Of a stretch of DNA of 64,000 nt, positions 1 to 13,497 are shown piece by piece. Within the stretch, counting starts at the first letter, position 1; each line of letters begins with the position of its first letter. The position numbers and the translations under genes were made by a program. The notes under the pieces were generated by a model. That model had not been told where the DNA came from and searched no databases. It was given only the letters and a program-made list of their open reading frames with translations. The DNA is from Eledone cirrhosa (Eukaryota), in contig OZ024740.1 of assembly GCA_964016885.1 (NCBI GenBank), positions 430,776,001 through 430,840,000 of the forward strand. Reading direction: 5' to 3'.

Positions 1-1290
1 GAGTAGTTTTTTGAGAGTTACTATACTTTATATTAGAGGAGTTAGAGAAATTTGGTTTTATGTTGGTATTTTGGGGTATAGTGTGAGTGGCATTTAGGTG
101 TGTACTTTTCATTTGGTGTTTGTTGGTAATATTAGGTTGTATGTTTATAGTGTTATTAGTAGAAGGTATATATTCCAATCTATTTTTGTGGCCACTTCTA
201 TCTAGAGCTTCGTTATAGAAGGTCGCATTTTTATCAAATACATCTTGGTTAGACGAAAGGTTAGAAATTCTAAGTGATATATTATATGCAAGGTTTTTAA
301 GGATAGATTTAGGGTGATTAGATTGTGAGTGTATGTAGTGTAAGTTTTGGTTGGGTTTATGGTAAGGTTGGTAGATACCCGTAGCTAAGTCTAAAGTTAT
401 ATCTAGGAAATTAACTACTTTACTTGTGTTTTCAAAAGTAATATGAAGACTATAATAGTCTTTAAGGAAAGTTCTAATAAGCTTTTTGTTTTTTTCTATT
501 TCTGAGAGGCTAAGGTTGTTGGAAAGAAGAAGACAGTCATCACGATATAAACCACCTTTAAGGTGGGGAAAGGAAGCATTTATGTTAAAAAGAAGAAAGA
601 GGCCCACAAGATCAGTAATTTGGGCAGAATCGCTTGAACCCATAGTAATATCAAATAGATTACTATATGTGTTTCTGGTCCAGTATTCATTCTGAAATTC
701 AATAAGTGTTAGTCTAGCATGTGTAATAATATTAATGTCATCCAAAGTTAAGTTAGATCTATTTTTAGCAAATATCAAAGCTTTGTTCAGGAGTATAGGT
801 GATATAGAAGAATAGTAATTATCTATATCAAATTGTAGAAATGAAGCAGAAGATTTACATCTAATATTTTTAAACCAGTTAATTACCTGGGAAGTGTTTT
901 CCCAGAGTGGTAAATTAACATGTTTTCTTATTTGTGGGATGACTCTATCCAAAATTTTTTTGCTAATTATTCCAATATCAGATTTGGAGGGACATATAAG
1001 TCTTATAGAAGGATTTGAGTTAAAGTTTGATTTATGATCTTTCAGGTTGAAGTGTGGTCTTTTCAATGCCAAAGGTTCAGTTCTATCTTCAATATTTAGT
1101 TTATTCACTATGTTGTGTGTTTTGTTGTTGATGTTGGTGAGTGACGCATTATTAGTTTTTCTATAATTTTTCCTGAGTTCTTTATATATGAACTCATTAT
1201 AATTTTCAATATCCATGTGATATAAGTTTCCAGTTTTGTCCGAGTGGACATGGATTTTTTTAGACTTTTTTAGGTCCATAGATTTATCTA
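1..1290 (-). mobile_element. Penelope-like element RT ORF, 5'-truncated at a (TA)n tract and running off the left window edge (probably Hydra-like clade)
   Basis: Manual minus-strand translation gives ...HSDKTGNLY...[25 protein letters not shown]...[19 protein letters not shown]...GGLYRDD...NFLDITLDL. These are PLE RT motifs, homologous to the ORFs at 3813-4535 and 6732-7577. It is probably absent from the ORF track because no stop codon lies inside the window. Confidence 0.9.
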
Positions 1291-1650
<360 letters not shown>

Positions 1651-2697
1651 ATGGAAAGTTATATTTAAATTGTTGGGTTACAACTAGTAAATATTTATAA
1701 CTGATATAAAAGCACTCGACAAGTATTTGGAGTATATTTACGATATTAAATAAATGGAAACTATATTTATAAAACCATATTTATTTCATTATATATATTT
1801 CAGGGATATCATATTAACAATATGCTATGCCTTCCTCAGACAAAATACAATATAGACAGTTTTATAGATAAATAGATTTGACATACCGTTCAACATCGAC
1901 TTGTATTTGAAAAGTTGATTTGGCAGTGAAAAAAATTGTAAACAGAAAGAAAGAGAGAAAAAAGGAAAGAAAGAAAAGAAAGAAAGAAAACGAAGAAAAA
2001 GAAGAAAAAGAAGAAAAAGAAGAAATGCATGGAACAAAATAGAGAGATGGAAAGATAGATAAAGAGAAGAACTTCATGTAAAGAAACAGAGAGAGATATA
2101 TATAGAGAGAGGAAATAGATAGAGATAGATATATATAGAGAAAAGTAGGTAGTTGGACATCCGTTGAATAAACGTATCAATGATACATTTATTTATTTAT
2201 TTATTTATTTAGCTCTAGTATTAATGTAAGGGAGATATATGTGGTTAGGAGAGAAACCAGCTGTTATATATAGAGAAAAATGAAAAGTAACCAGACATAG
2301 GCGAGGCATAAAAACCCTATGTTTTAATGTAGAAGTATTAGTATGTATAAAAACCAGGCACTATAATGTAAATATCAGTATTCCTGAATGAGACACGTAT
2401 CCATAATGTGTGAAAAGTAATGATCTTATGTTTAGTTTTAAAAATTCATATGTTTATATGATAACTACAAACATCGATGTGAATTTACGTGATCAACTCT
2501 GCAAACCCCAATCTCAACGGAGAACATTCTCATTGTGCTATAAAAATTTAAGTATACATATATGTGTATATATATACACATATATATAGAGTCTATATTA
2601 CTACTATTCTTGTCTTTACTCCACATGATTATTTATCAAGCAGAAATAGAGAACAGATTTCAATATATTAATAAAAAATATCAGAAACAAAAACCAA

Positions 2698-2730
<33 letters not shown>

Positions 2731-4821
2731 TAATAAAATAGAAAACTAAAAAATATTACGAAAAAATATTACATATTAAAAATATTACATATTAAAAATA
2801 AAAATATTAGAAAATACTACAATAATAAAAAATAAACCACAAAGATCAACCCTTCAAAATTAATTGACAATATATTGCCAAGTTCATTATAAGCATCAGA
2901 GTCGAAAACAGATAAAGCTAAAAATTATTTATCAAATCGCGTCTAGCAAAAATCATTTCAAAAAGTTTAGGATGCCCATTTGGTCTACATGTGTTCTTAT
3001 ATTTAATATAGAAGTTTATCTAGTGTAACGTTTATTCGAAATATTTGGAGCATCAACTTTTGGGGTAGTTTAATTTTTCATGAAGAATGTTTAAATAAAA
3101 ATAAAAATAAAAAGAAGAATAAAAAGAAGAAATCGAAAGATTTATCGGCTAGTTTCCCAAATAATTATAAATCAAACTAAATATACTACATTTTAAATTT
3201 AAATTTATATTTAAAAGTTGAGTTTAATCTATGTTTGCAGCAACTGAATAAATTTGTCCGTAGATTAAGGGAATTTTTAGATTTTAGTATAAAGAATATC
3301 TCCTCTGCGCAGAGGTCACATGTCTCAGAGGAAGAATTAAAAGGAATCCCTCTTGAGACTATATTCCAAGCCGTCGAATATCTAACGTTATCTAGCTTAA
3401 GTTGCCAGAGTACGCCTGATAGTGCTGTTGAAGATTTTTTGCTTGGATCTGTGAAAGAATTCTTGTGGTTATTATAGCGAAGTTTAAATTCCGTCGATGT
3501 GGAACCGACGTAGTTAAGAGAATTAGAGTCAGTTTTAACATTACAATTGTATATTATATTTTTAACTAAGCAGTTGTTATTTAACGGACATTTAGATCTA
3601 TCTCTACAGTTACATTTGTTAACTTGTATATTATTTATGCTATTATCGCTAGATTTTAAGTTCCTATTATTTATTCTATTAATATTTTGTGCTAAATTTT
3701 TGGTGGATGAGTAGGTTAATTTTATAGTATGTCTATTGAAAATTGAGTGATACCTATGTGTTCTAGGGAAGCGATTATCAAGAGCTTTAAAAATAGTTTA
3801 GCGATGTGGGTTTTAATGTTTAGTGAGAAAGGGGGGGGCAAACCAAATTATGTTCCTAGTTCTATTTCTTTTTTGGCTTTTGGAATTATTGTAATGCTTT
3901 CTATTATAGTTGTTAAGGTTGTTGCCGTAATTAAAATAGTTGTTATTTTGTTTAGTTTGTCTATCATTATCTATGTACATAATCTTATCACTATATCCTG
4001 CTCTAGCTAACGCTTCATTGTAGTACTGGGCTTTTTCGTCGAAAATCTTTCTATTAGACGAGATTCTAGAGATACGTTTTTGAACAGAGTTTACTATAGT
4101 GTTTTTGACAGATCTGGGGTGGTTAGAGTTAAAGCTGACATAGTTTAAGTTTTCATTCAACTTGTGAAAAGGATAGTGAAGACATGTGTTGAGATTTAAT
4201 GTTATATCTAGGAAATTGACTATTCTATGGTTGTTCTCAATTTCTATTTTAAGATTAAAGTAATTAAAAAATTGTGTAATTTGTTTACATTTTCTATTTA
4301 GTTCAGAGTTATTATTATCAATAAGTAAAAGCATGTCATCTCTATATAAACCTCCGGTAGTACCAGGTATTTTCCTATGTAGCGAATTGATTAAAAATAA
4401 GCCCACAAGGTCAGTTACCTGAGCTGAGTCGGATGATCCCATAGTAATGTCAAAATTGCTATCTCTATCTGCTCTGGTCCATAGTTGGTCATTAAATTCT
4501 ATCAATGTTTTCCTAGCCGATAATATAATATGCATTTCATTGCTAGTTAGGTCTGTATGTTTGAATGCGTAATTTAGTGCCTTATTTAGTAGATTAGGGG
4601 TAATAGAAGAATAATAGTTAGCAATATCAAGTTGAATAAACTTATTATTATTGTTATATTTAATTTGCTTAAACCACTCACCAACCTATCCAGTTCCCTT
4701 CCACAAGCTCAGGTTAGGTAAACAATCCAAGTTCTTAATTTGCAGTATCACCCTGTCAAGAATGTTTTTGCTTAATTTGCCCAGGTCCGATTTTGATGGT
4801 GCGATCAATCTAACTGGCAAG
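1651..4821 (-). mobile_element. Penelope-like element (RT + GIY-YIG EN, long 3' UTR), 5'-truncated and disrupted
   Basis: Coding part about 4820 to 3188 reads [22 protein letters not shown], linker CNCRDRSKCPLNNNC and EN YVGSTSTEFKLRYNNH...CDLC...CCKHR. The frame is broken near 4690 and at the G-run near 3831-3838. The 3' UTR of about 1.5 kb ends in a segment homologous to 9960-10076. Both ends abut (TA)n. Confidence 0.9.
1777..1853 (-). ncRNA. Minimal type I hammerhead ribozyme motif in PLE 3' terminus
   Basis: Minus strand reads ATATTGTATTTTGT-CTGAGGA-[AGGCATAGCATATT GTT AATATGATATCCCT]-GAAA-TATATA-TA-ATGAAATAAATAT. This gives a CUGANGA/GAAA core, a paired stem II, a palindromic stem III and a closing stem I. 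Confidence 0.78.
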
Positions 4822-4827
4822 TATATG

Positions 4828-4909
<82 letters not shown>

Positions 4910-4973
4910 TGTATATGTATATATATGTATAAATATATATATGTAAATGTATATATGTATATATATATATATG

Positions 4974-5048
<75 letters not shown>

Positions 5049-5051
5049 GTC

Positions 5052-5124
<73 letters not shown>

Positions 5125-5169
5125 CTCTATATATATATATGTATATATATATATGTATATATATATATG

Positions 5170-5200
<31 letters not shown>

Positions 5201-5225
5201 GTATATATATATGTGTGTACATATA

Positions 5226-5288
<63 letters not shown>

Positions 5289-5341
5289 CAATATATATAT
5301 ATGTATATATATATATATATGTATATCAATATATATATATG

Positions 5342-5424
<83 letters not shown>

Positions 5425-5439
5425 GTAAATGTATATATG

Positions 5440-5471
<32 letters not shown>

Positions 5472-5507
5472 TGTCTATATATATATGTATATATATATAT
5501 GTATATG

Positions 5508-5540
<33 letters not shown>

Positions 5541-5605
5541 GTATATATATATGTGTATATATATGTATATATATATGTATATATATATGTTTATATATAT
5601 ATATG

Positions 5606-5677
<72 letters not shown>
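4822..5677. repeat. (TA)n-based compound microsatellite
   Basis: Directly visible. Confidence 0.98.
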
Positions 5678-5678
<1 letters not shown>

Positions 5679-6200
5679 TCTCTTTTACTCTTTTACCTGT
5701 TTCAGCCATCCGGCTGAGGCCATGCTGGGGCACCGCCCTTGTTGCTACACATTTTATCTCCAGCCTGTATAGGTTGGCCACTGGTGTAGGAGGGAGTTTG
5801 TTGCTGCTGCCCTTAGGTTTCCCTCGTGTCTTGCTGTGGGCTCATCCGGGATCCTGGATAACAAGGTGTCGAGATGTTTCTTAAAGACCTCCACCTCCAC
5901 GTCATGCAAGTCTCGCAGATGCCTCGGCAGCCTGTTGAAGAGTTGAGGGCCCTTGAATCCCAGGCTATTGCAATACCTGCTCCTTATTCTAGATGTGGAA
6001 GACGGGACCTTTGGCACCACACAGTGACGTCCTGTTCGACGGTTGGTCCAGCTCCCAATGCCAAAGTTTGGTGCTAGTCCCTCCAGGATTTTCCACATGT
6101 AGATCACTGCGTATCTCTCCCGTCTTCGCTCCAAGGAGTAGAGGTTCAGTTCCTTCAGCCTCTCCCAGTAGCTTGTCTCCCTCATCTTGGCAATCCTCTT
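5678..6200 (-). mobile_element. 3' fragment of a CR1/L2-group LINE
   Basis: ORF tail [41 protein letters not shown]...GPQLFNRLP...FKKHLD matches the C-terminus of CR1/L2-type ORF2. A short 3' UTR ends in an AAAAGAGT-like repeat tail at about 5678-5695. Confidence 0.8.
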
Positions 6201-6720
<520 letters not shown>

Positions 6721-9700
6721 AATATTAATAAATGGAAACTATAATTATAAAACCATATTTATTTCATTATACATATTTCAGGGATACCATATTAAATTAT
6801 GGTATGCCTTCATCTGACCTGGGAAAACTTAGCAAAAATATTCTAGACAGGGTAATACAACAAATTATAAACTTACCTAATTTATCTTACTTAAAATTAT
6901 GGAAAGGGACTAGTGAGGTTATTGATTGGTTTAAAGAAATTAAATATAACTGTAATAATAAGTTTACTCAGCTGGATATTGCTAACTACTATTCATCTAT
7001 CACTCCTAATCTACTGAATAAGGCACTAAATTACGCATTTACACATACTGACCTAACTAGCAATGAAATGCACATTATATTATCGGCAAGAAAAACATTA
7101 ATAGAATTTAATAACCAACTCTGTACTAGGGCAGATAGAAATAATAATTTCGACATAACTATGGGATCATCAGACTCAGCTCAGGTAACAGACCTTGTGG
7201 GCCTATTTATAATTAATTCGCTACATAGAAAAATACCAGGTGTAACCGGAGGATTATATCGTGATGACATGCTTTTACTTATAGAAAATAATAGCTGTGA
7301 ACTAAATAGAAAAAGAAAACAAATTATACAATTTTTTAATTACCTTAATCTAAAAATAGAAATAGAGAATAACCATAGAATAGTCAATTTTCTTGATGTA
7401 ACACTAAATCTCAACACATGTCTTCACTATCCATTTCACAAACTAAATGAGAACTTGAATTATGTCAACCTTAACTCTAATCACCCCAGATCTGTTAAAA
7501 ATACTATAGTGAACTCTGTTCAAGAACGAATTTCAAGAATTTCATCTAATAAAAATATATTTGATGAAAAAGCGTAGTATTACAACGATGCGTTAGGTAG
7601 AGCTGGATATAGAAATAAAATTAAATACATCGATAATAATAATAATAAGCAAACTAACCAAAATAATAACAATTTCAATTACGGTAACAACTTTAACAAC
7701 TATAATAGAAAACATTACAATAATTCCAAAAGCCGAAAAAGAAATAGAACTAGAAATATATTATGGTTTGCTCCCCCTTTCTCACTAAATATTAAAACCC
7801 CTATTGCTAAACTATTCTTTAAAGCTCTTGACACACGCTTCCCTAGAACACATACATATTACTCAATTTTTAATAGACACACTATAAAATTAACTTACTC
7901 GTCCACCAAAAAATTAGCACAAAATATTAATAGAATTAATAATAGGAATTTAAAACCTAACCAAAATACCAATAATAACCCAAACAATATTCAATTAAAT
8001 AACTGTAACTGTAGAAATAAATCTAACAATTGCTTAGCTAAAAATGTAGTGTACAATTGTAATGTTAAAACTAATTTAAATTCATTTAACTATGTTGGTT
8101 CCACCTCGACAGAATTTAAATTTCGCTTCAATAATCATAAGAATTCTTTCACAGATCCAAACAAAAGATCTTCAACTTCGCTATCTAGCCTACTATGGGA
8201 CCTAAAACGAGATAATATTAAATATTCGATGAATTGGAATATTATTCCACAAGCTACTCCTTTTAATTCCTCTTCAGAGAATTGTGATCTTTGTATTGAA
8301 GAAATATTCTTTATATTAAAGTCCAAAAATTCCCTTAATCTAAGGAAGAATTTATTCAGTTGCTGCAGACATAGATTGAACTCAACGTTTAAATATAAAT
8401 ATAAATTTAAAATGTAGTATAAATAATTAAGTAATTTTAGTTAATATATGGAACCTGTCGATAAATCATTAGATTCCTTCACCTTTTTCTTTTTAAACTT
8501 TCTTCCTAAATATAAACAAGGATATAATAAACTACTCTAAAATGTCTATACTTCCAATGTATTAAATAAAATATACGTAAGGTAAATTTCTATACCAAAT
8601 ATAAGGTTATCTGTAGAATCATTGGTTTTTTTTTTTTAAATCTTTTAAATTATTTTTATTTATTTGTTTTGATTATGATAGCTTCTCATAACTTTCATAT
8701 GTCTACCCTCTCAATATCTTGATTGAGATATACGTAGGATAAATTTCTATACTAAATATATAAAACATATTATTTTAACTTAAGATACTCTATAGTGTTT
8801 TAAAGATATTTAATGCTTTGATATTTCTAGATTTCTTTTGTCTATACTGATATAGCTGCATTTCCAAAATATACTCCTTTGGTATTTTAAATTTATTTTG
8901 TTATGGTTATGTTTATAATCCTTTAGTGAAATATTGATATTTGATTATCTCTATGCAAATGCATATGTGTATATTAACATGCATAAAAAGTGTTATAGAT
9001 TTTTTTTGTGTCTATATATGTCTGTATATATACATGTGATGCGTGACGACGCACGCAAATATTTATTTATACATATGTATGTGTATATATGTATGTGTAT
9101 ATATCTATGTGGTTGGGAGGTATGTTGCAGATATGCATAATATTGGACACATGAATGGTAATCGTATATATGAGGACATGGATATTAATCGTATATATTT
9201 GTATATATATACTGTGAAATTTTTATAACACAAAGAATGTATAGCAGTGATTAAGAGAAATCATTTAGGTTTTCTATTTTCAGGACGTGCGTATCTATAT
9301 GTATATATATATACATATATATTTGTATGTCTTTGCATAAAATACTGATCTCTATAGCAAGGGTACATTTTGAACTCAGATTTTGATATATTGATCTAAG
9401 TTTCTAAACTAAACATATAGTCATTATTGATCAATGTTTAATTTCTCATATTATATATCTATGTCCCATTCATGAATATTGATACTTATATTTTTATTAT
9501 TCATTTCATATAAATTGTTAACTCAACTTAATATGACATGACGTAAAGTATTCATTTTCCCCCCTCTCTCTATATAGTATTTCTCTCTCTTGAGTTTTTC
9601 TCTCTGCATGATGACTTGATATCTCTCTGTTGCTTTCATTTGTTTTTCTTATTTCTTCCTTTTCTTTCTTTTTTATTTATTTTTTATTTTTTATTTCCTC

Positions 9701-10076
9701 CTATCTTTATTTATCTCTTTCTTTTCTCCATACATTTCTCTCTCCGATATTTCTCCAGGTTTTCGTTCTTTCTTTCTCTCTCTCCGTCTCTGTTCTTTTC
9801 TCTCTCTCCGTCTTTTTTCTTTTTCTTTATCTCCGTCTTTTTCTAATTGTGCTTAACACTATGACTTATTAAAACAATATAAACAATTCACTATCCAGAC
9901 AGCCTCCGAAAGTAATGGTTGTATTTTAAAAGGGTACGTCAAAGCTATTTGTAAAACTGTTATATATTGTATTTTGTCTGATGAAGGCATACCATAATTT
10001 AATATGGTATCCCTGAAATATGTATAATGAAATAAATATGGTTTTATAAATATAGTTTCCATTTATTAATATCGTA
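6721..10076 (+). mobile_element. Penelope-like element (RT + GIY-YIG EN) with inverted 5' partial pseudo-LTR and about 1.65-kb 3' UTR
   Basis: RT 6812-7577 ([41 protein letters not shown]) is followed by a premature TAG at 7575-7577. EN 8049-8417 reads YVGSTSTEFKFRFNNH, CDLC, CCRH. Bases 6721-6814 are the reverse complement of 9980-10073. The element is flanked by (TA)n. Confidence 0.92.
9964..10039 (+). ncRNA. Minimal type I hammerhead ribozyme motif in PLE 3' terminus
   Basis: ATATTGTATTTTGT-CTGATGA(9978-9984)-[AGGCATACCATA ATTTAA TATGGTATCCCT]-GAAA(10015-10018)-TATGTA-TA-ATGAAATAAATAT. The stem I strands pair with two GU pairs and one bulge. Predicted cleavage is after A10026. Confidence 0.8.
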
Positions 10077-10082
10077 TATACA

Positions 10083-10122
<40 letters not shown>

Positions 10123-10179
10123 CATATATATACATATATATATATATATACATATATATACATATATATATATATATAC

Positions 10180-10270
<91 letters not shown>

Positions 10271-10277
10271 CATATAT
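10077..10277. repeat. (TA)n/(TACA) microsatellite
   Basis: Directly visible. Confidence 0.97.
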
Positions 10278-10316
10278 TGGAAAATGTGTGTAATCCTTGG
10301 TACAGTTAGGTATATT

Positions 10317-10540
10317 AAGACAGGGGGGAAGAAAAAAATGGCTTCACTTGTGCTTTCAACAAATTTATTTTCTTCACAAAATCCAAAAAGAATTTTTTTC
10401 CGGATTAGAAAAAAAAAAAAAAATTAAAAAGAAAAACATTTTTTTTTCTAATCCGGAAAAAAAATTCTTTTTGGATTTTGTGAAGAAAATAAATTTGTTG
10501 AAAGCACAAGTGAAGCCATTTTTTTCTTCCCCCCTGTCTT
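10317..10540. mobile_element. Palindromic (foldback) MITE-like element
   Basis: Near-perfect inverted arms of about 100 bp (AAGACAGGGGGGAAGAAAAAAATGGCTTCACTTGTGC... / ...GCACAAGTGAAGCCATTTTTTTCTTCCCCCCTGTCTT) surround an A-rich spacer of about 25 bp. No coding capacity. Confidence 0.7.
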
Positions 10541-10579
10541 TATATACATATATATACAAATATATACATATATACATAT

Positions 10580-12533
10580 ATCATTATCATCATCATCATC
10601 ATCATCGTTTAACGTCCATGTTCCACGCTTGCATGGGTTTGGACTGGAATTTTCCCACTTGAGGCAAGAGTGGTTGTCATTGCTCGCATAGGACTGTCTG
10701 GCGGGTTTTCTACAGCTGGATGCCCTTCCTAACACCAACCACATTTACAGTGTGGGGCTGGGAGGTTTTTACCGTGTTGCCTACACGGCCACATTACAGC
10801 GTGGACTGTGTGTTTTTTTGTCGTGACACCTACACGATCTCATTTGTTTCGGCCTGGATGTTGTGGCACCAACATAACTTTACATTGAAAGGGGCGGTGT
10901 GGATGGGGTGGGGGTGTATTTGTTAGAGATGCCTACTGACTGTAGTGGGTTTTACTTTGTATTTAGGTAAGGCGGGTCTTCTCTATTACTGAGTACCGCC
11001 AAAGGTCTCGGTCCAGTGACATTGTCTTGGAGAGGTGTATGTGAGGTCGGAATTTATCAGCTCGTCCCAGGTTTTTTCTGGGTCTGCCTACTCCGTGGCT
11101 ACCGTCTATCTTTATTGCTCTGCACTTTGTTATACAGCTGTCGTCTTTCATGCGCATCACGTGACCATACCAACGTAGCCTTCTCTCGAGTAAACAACAT
11201 CTGATCCCTCTTATTTCTAATTTTTTCCTTAGTTCGTTTATGCTTTGCCGTTCACGTATATTACTATTACACATCCAGCGGAGCATGCAAGCTTCGTACC
11301 TCTCTAGTCTGCGTATATCCTCTGCACACAATGCCCAGGTCTCACTGCCATGCAACATTGCTGTTCGTATGCAGGCATCATACAACCTGCCTTTCATTTT
11401 TAGGGAGAACCCTTTAGCGGCTAATAGTGGTATAAGCTCTCTGAACTTTTTCCATCCAGTTCTACCTCGAGCTACTGTACTTTCAGAGCACCCTCCCCAC
11501 TGCTGATTTTGTCACCCAGGTAACGGAAGCTGTCCACTATTTCTATAGAGCCCTCTGCGCAGTTGAAAGAGCTAATATTTTGTGGGCACTTGCTGCTACT
11601 TATTGCACCAGAGCACCTGCCACATGTAAAATCTATGTTCTTAGTTAGCTTACCTGTGATCCCACTACATCTTTTATGCACCCATACTTTGCATTTGGGA
11701 CATAAAATGGAGTTTCTACCTATGCCTTTCCTACACACTGAGCATGGCCATTTCCCGGAAGGGACCGGCGCCTTATTTTCTTTCCTACAAACTCGAACTT
11801 TAGTCTTAGCCAGGTTAATTTTAAGGCCTTTTGATTCTAGGCCGTGCTTCCATGTTTGGAATTTCATCTCTAGCTCGGCCATTGATTCAGCTATGAGCGT
11901 TAGATCATCTGCGTATAGGAGTTCCCATGGGCAGCCGGTCTTGAACTCCTCTGTTATAGCCTGAAGGGCAATAATAAATAGTAGGGGGCTAAGAACAGAG
12001 CCCTGATGGACACCAACTTTTACGCTAAACTCTTCGCTATATTCGTTATTAATTCTAACCTTGCTGACTGTTTCTTTATACATGGCTTGTATAGCTCTCA
12101 CAAGCCATTTGTCAACACCTAGTTTTCTAAGAGCCCACCAGATAATGGAACGGGGGACTCTGTCGAAGGCTTTCTCCAGGTCGACAAAAGATTAAGTATA
12201 GGGGTTTACTTTTAGCTAGGTACTTCTCCTGTAGTTGTCGTACAATGAAAAGAGCGTCTGTGGTACTTTTGCTTGACACAAACCCGAACTGCATTTCATC
12301 TAGATCAATTCTCTCTCTGATTAGTTGCGCTATTACTTTTTCCGTGACCTTCATGACCTGGTCGATTAATTTAATGCCTCTATAGTTACTCCTATCTAGG
12401 GCGTCTCCTTTACCCTTGTAACAGTTAACGATGATGCTGCTACGCCAGTCCTTCGGAACAACCCCATTCTGTATGACTTGGTTTACTATCCGGGTGACCA
12501 TGGTGTATCCCACCGTTCCAGAGGCTTTCAGCA
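10580..12533 (-). mobile_element. RTE-clade LINE, family A (PHD-containing), 5'-truncated and frameshifted, (GAT)n tail
   Basis: ORF pieces read [48 protein letters not shown] and [12 protein letters not shown]. The 3' UTR is followed by (CAT)n on the plus strand at 10580-10606. Confidence 0.93.
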
Positions 12534-12541
12534 TATATACA

Positions 12542-12615
<74 letters not shown>

Positions 12616-12836
12616 CATATATATATACATATACATATATATATATACATATATATACATATACATATACATATATATATATATACAAATATATACACAT
12701 ATATATATATACATATATATATATATACATATATATACACATATATATACATACATATATATGCACATATATATACATACATATATATACACATATATAT
12801 ACATACATATATATACACATATATATAAATATATAT

Positions 12837-12887
<51 letters not shown>

Positions 12888-12910
12888 CATATATACATAC
12901 ATATATATAC
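12534..12910. repeat. (TA)n/(TACA) microsatellite
   Basis: Directly visible. Confidence 0.97.
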
Positions 12911-13497
12911 ATAGCGGCGATGAATTAGTTTTGCGAGGTTTTTTATATGAAATCGTGTGTCGAAACAGATATTGTTATATTTGGGGAGGGTCATATTTGC
13001 GTAATATTGCCAGAATTAATAACAGAACACACTCACTGTTTGGTTGGTTTTCGCTTCTCGCTGTCTTTTATATATATATATCTGCGATCTAACTTACTCG
13101 GTCCTCAATGTTGCCATTGACTGACCGGCGGTCAAAAATAATACAGATACAATATAGACAAACACATATATATATAGTTTACATAATTTACATAAATCTT
13201 TCGTTGCACATCTGCAACATCGTCAGTGGTGTTATATTCATTGTTCCTCCTGTTGTGTTGTATGTCTACGCCATTTTTTTGTTCAGTCTGTCTATATATT
13301 TATTTATTTATTTGCTTGTTTGTTTATCTTATTTTATTTTGTCTTCTTTGCGCATGCGTTTGCGTGTGTGTATAGTGTTATGTGTGATGTGTGACTAGTG
13401 TGTATAGTGTTGTGTCTGCTGGGTGACTAGTGTGTGTTTATGTGCTTGTGTATGTATTTATTTATCTTATTTTATTTAATTTAATTTACTTATTTAT

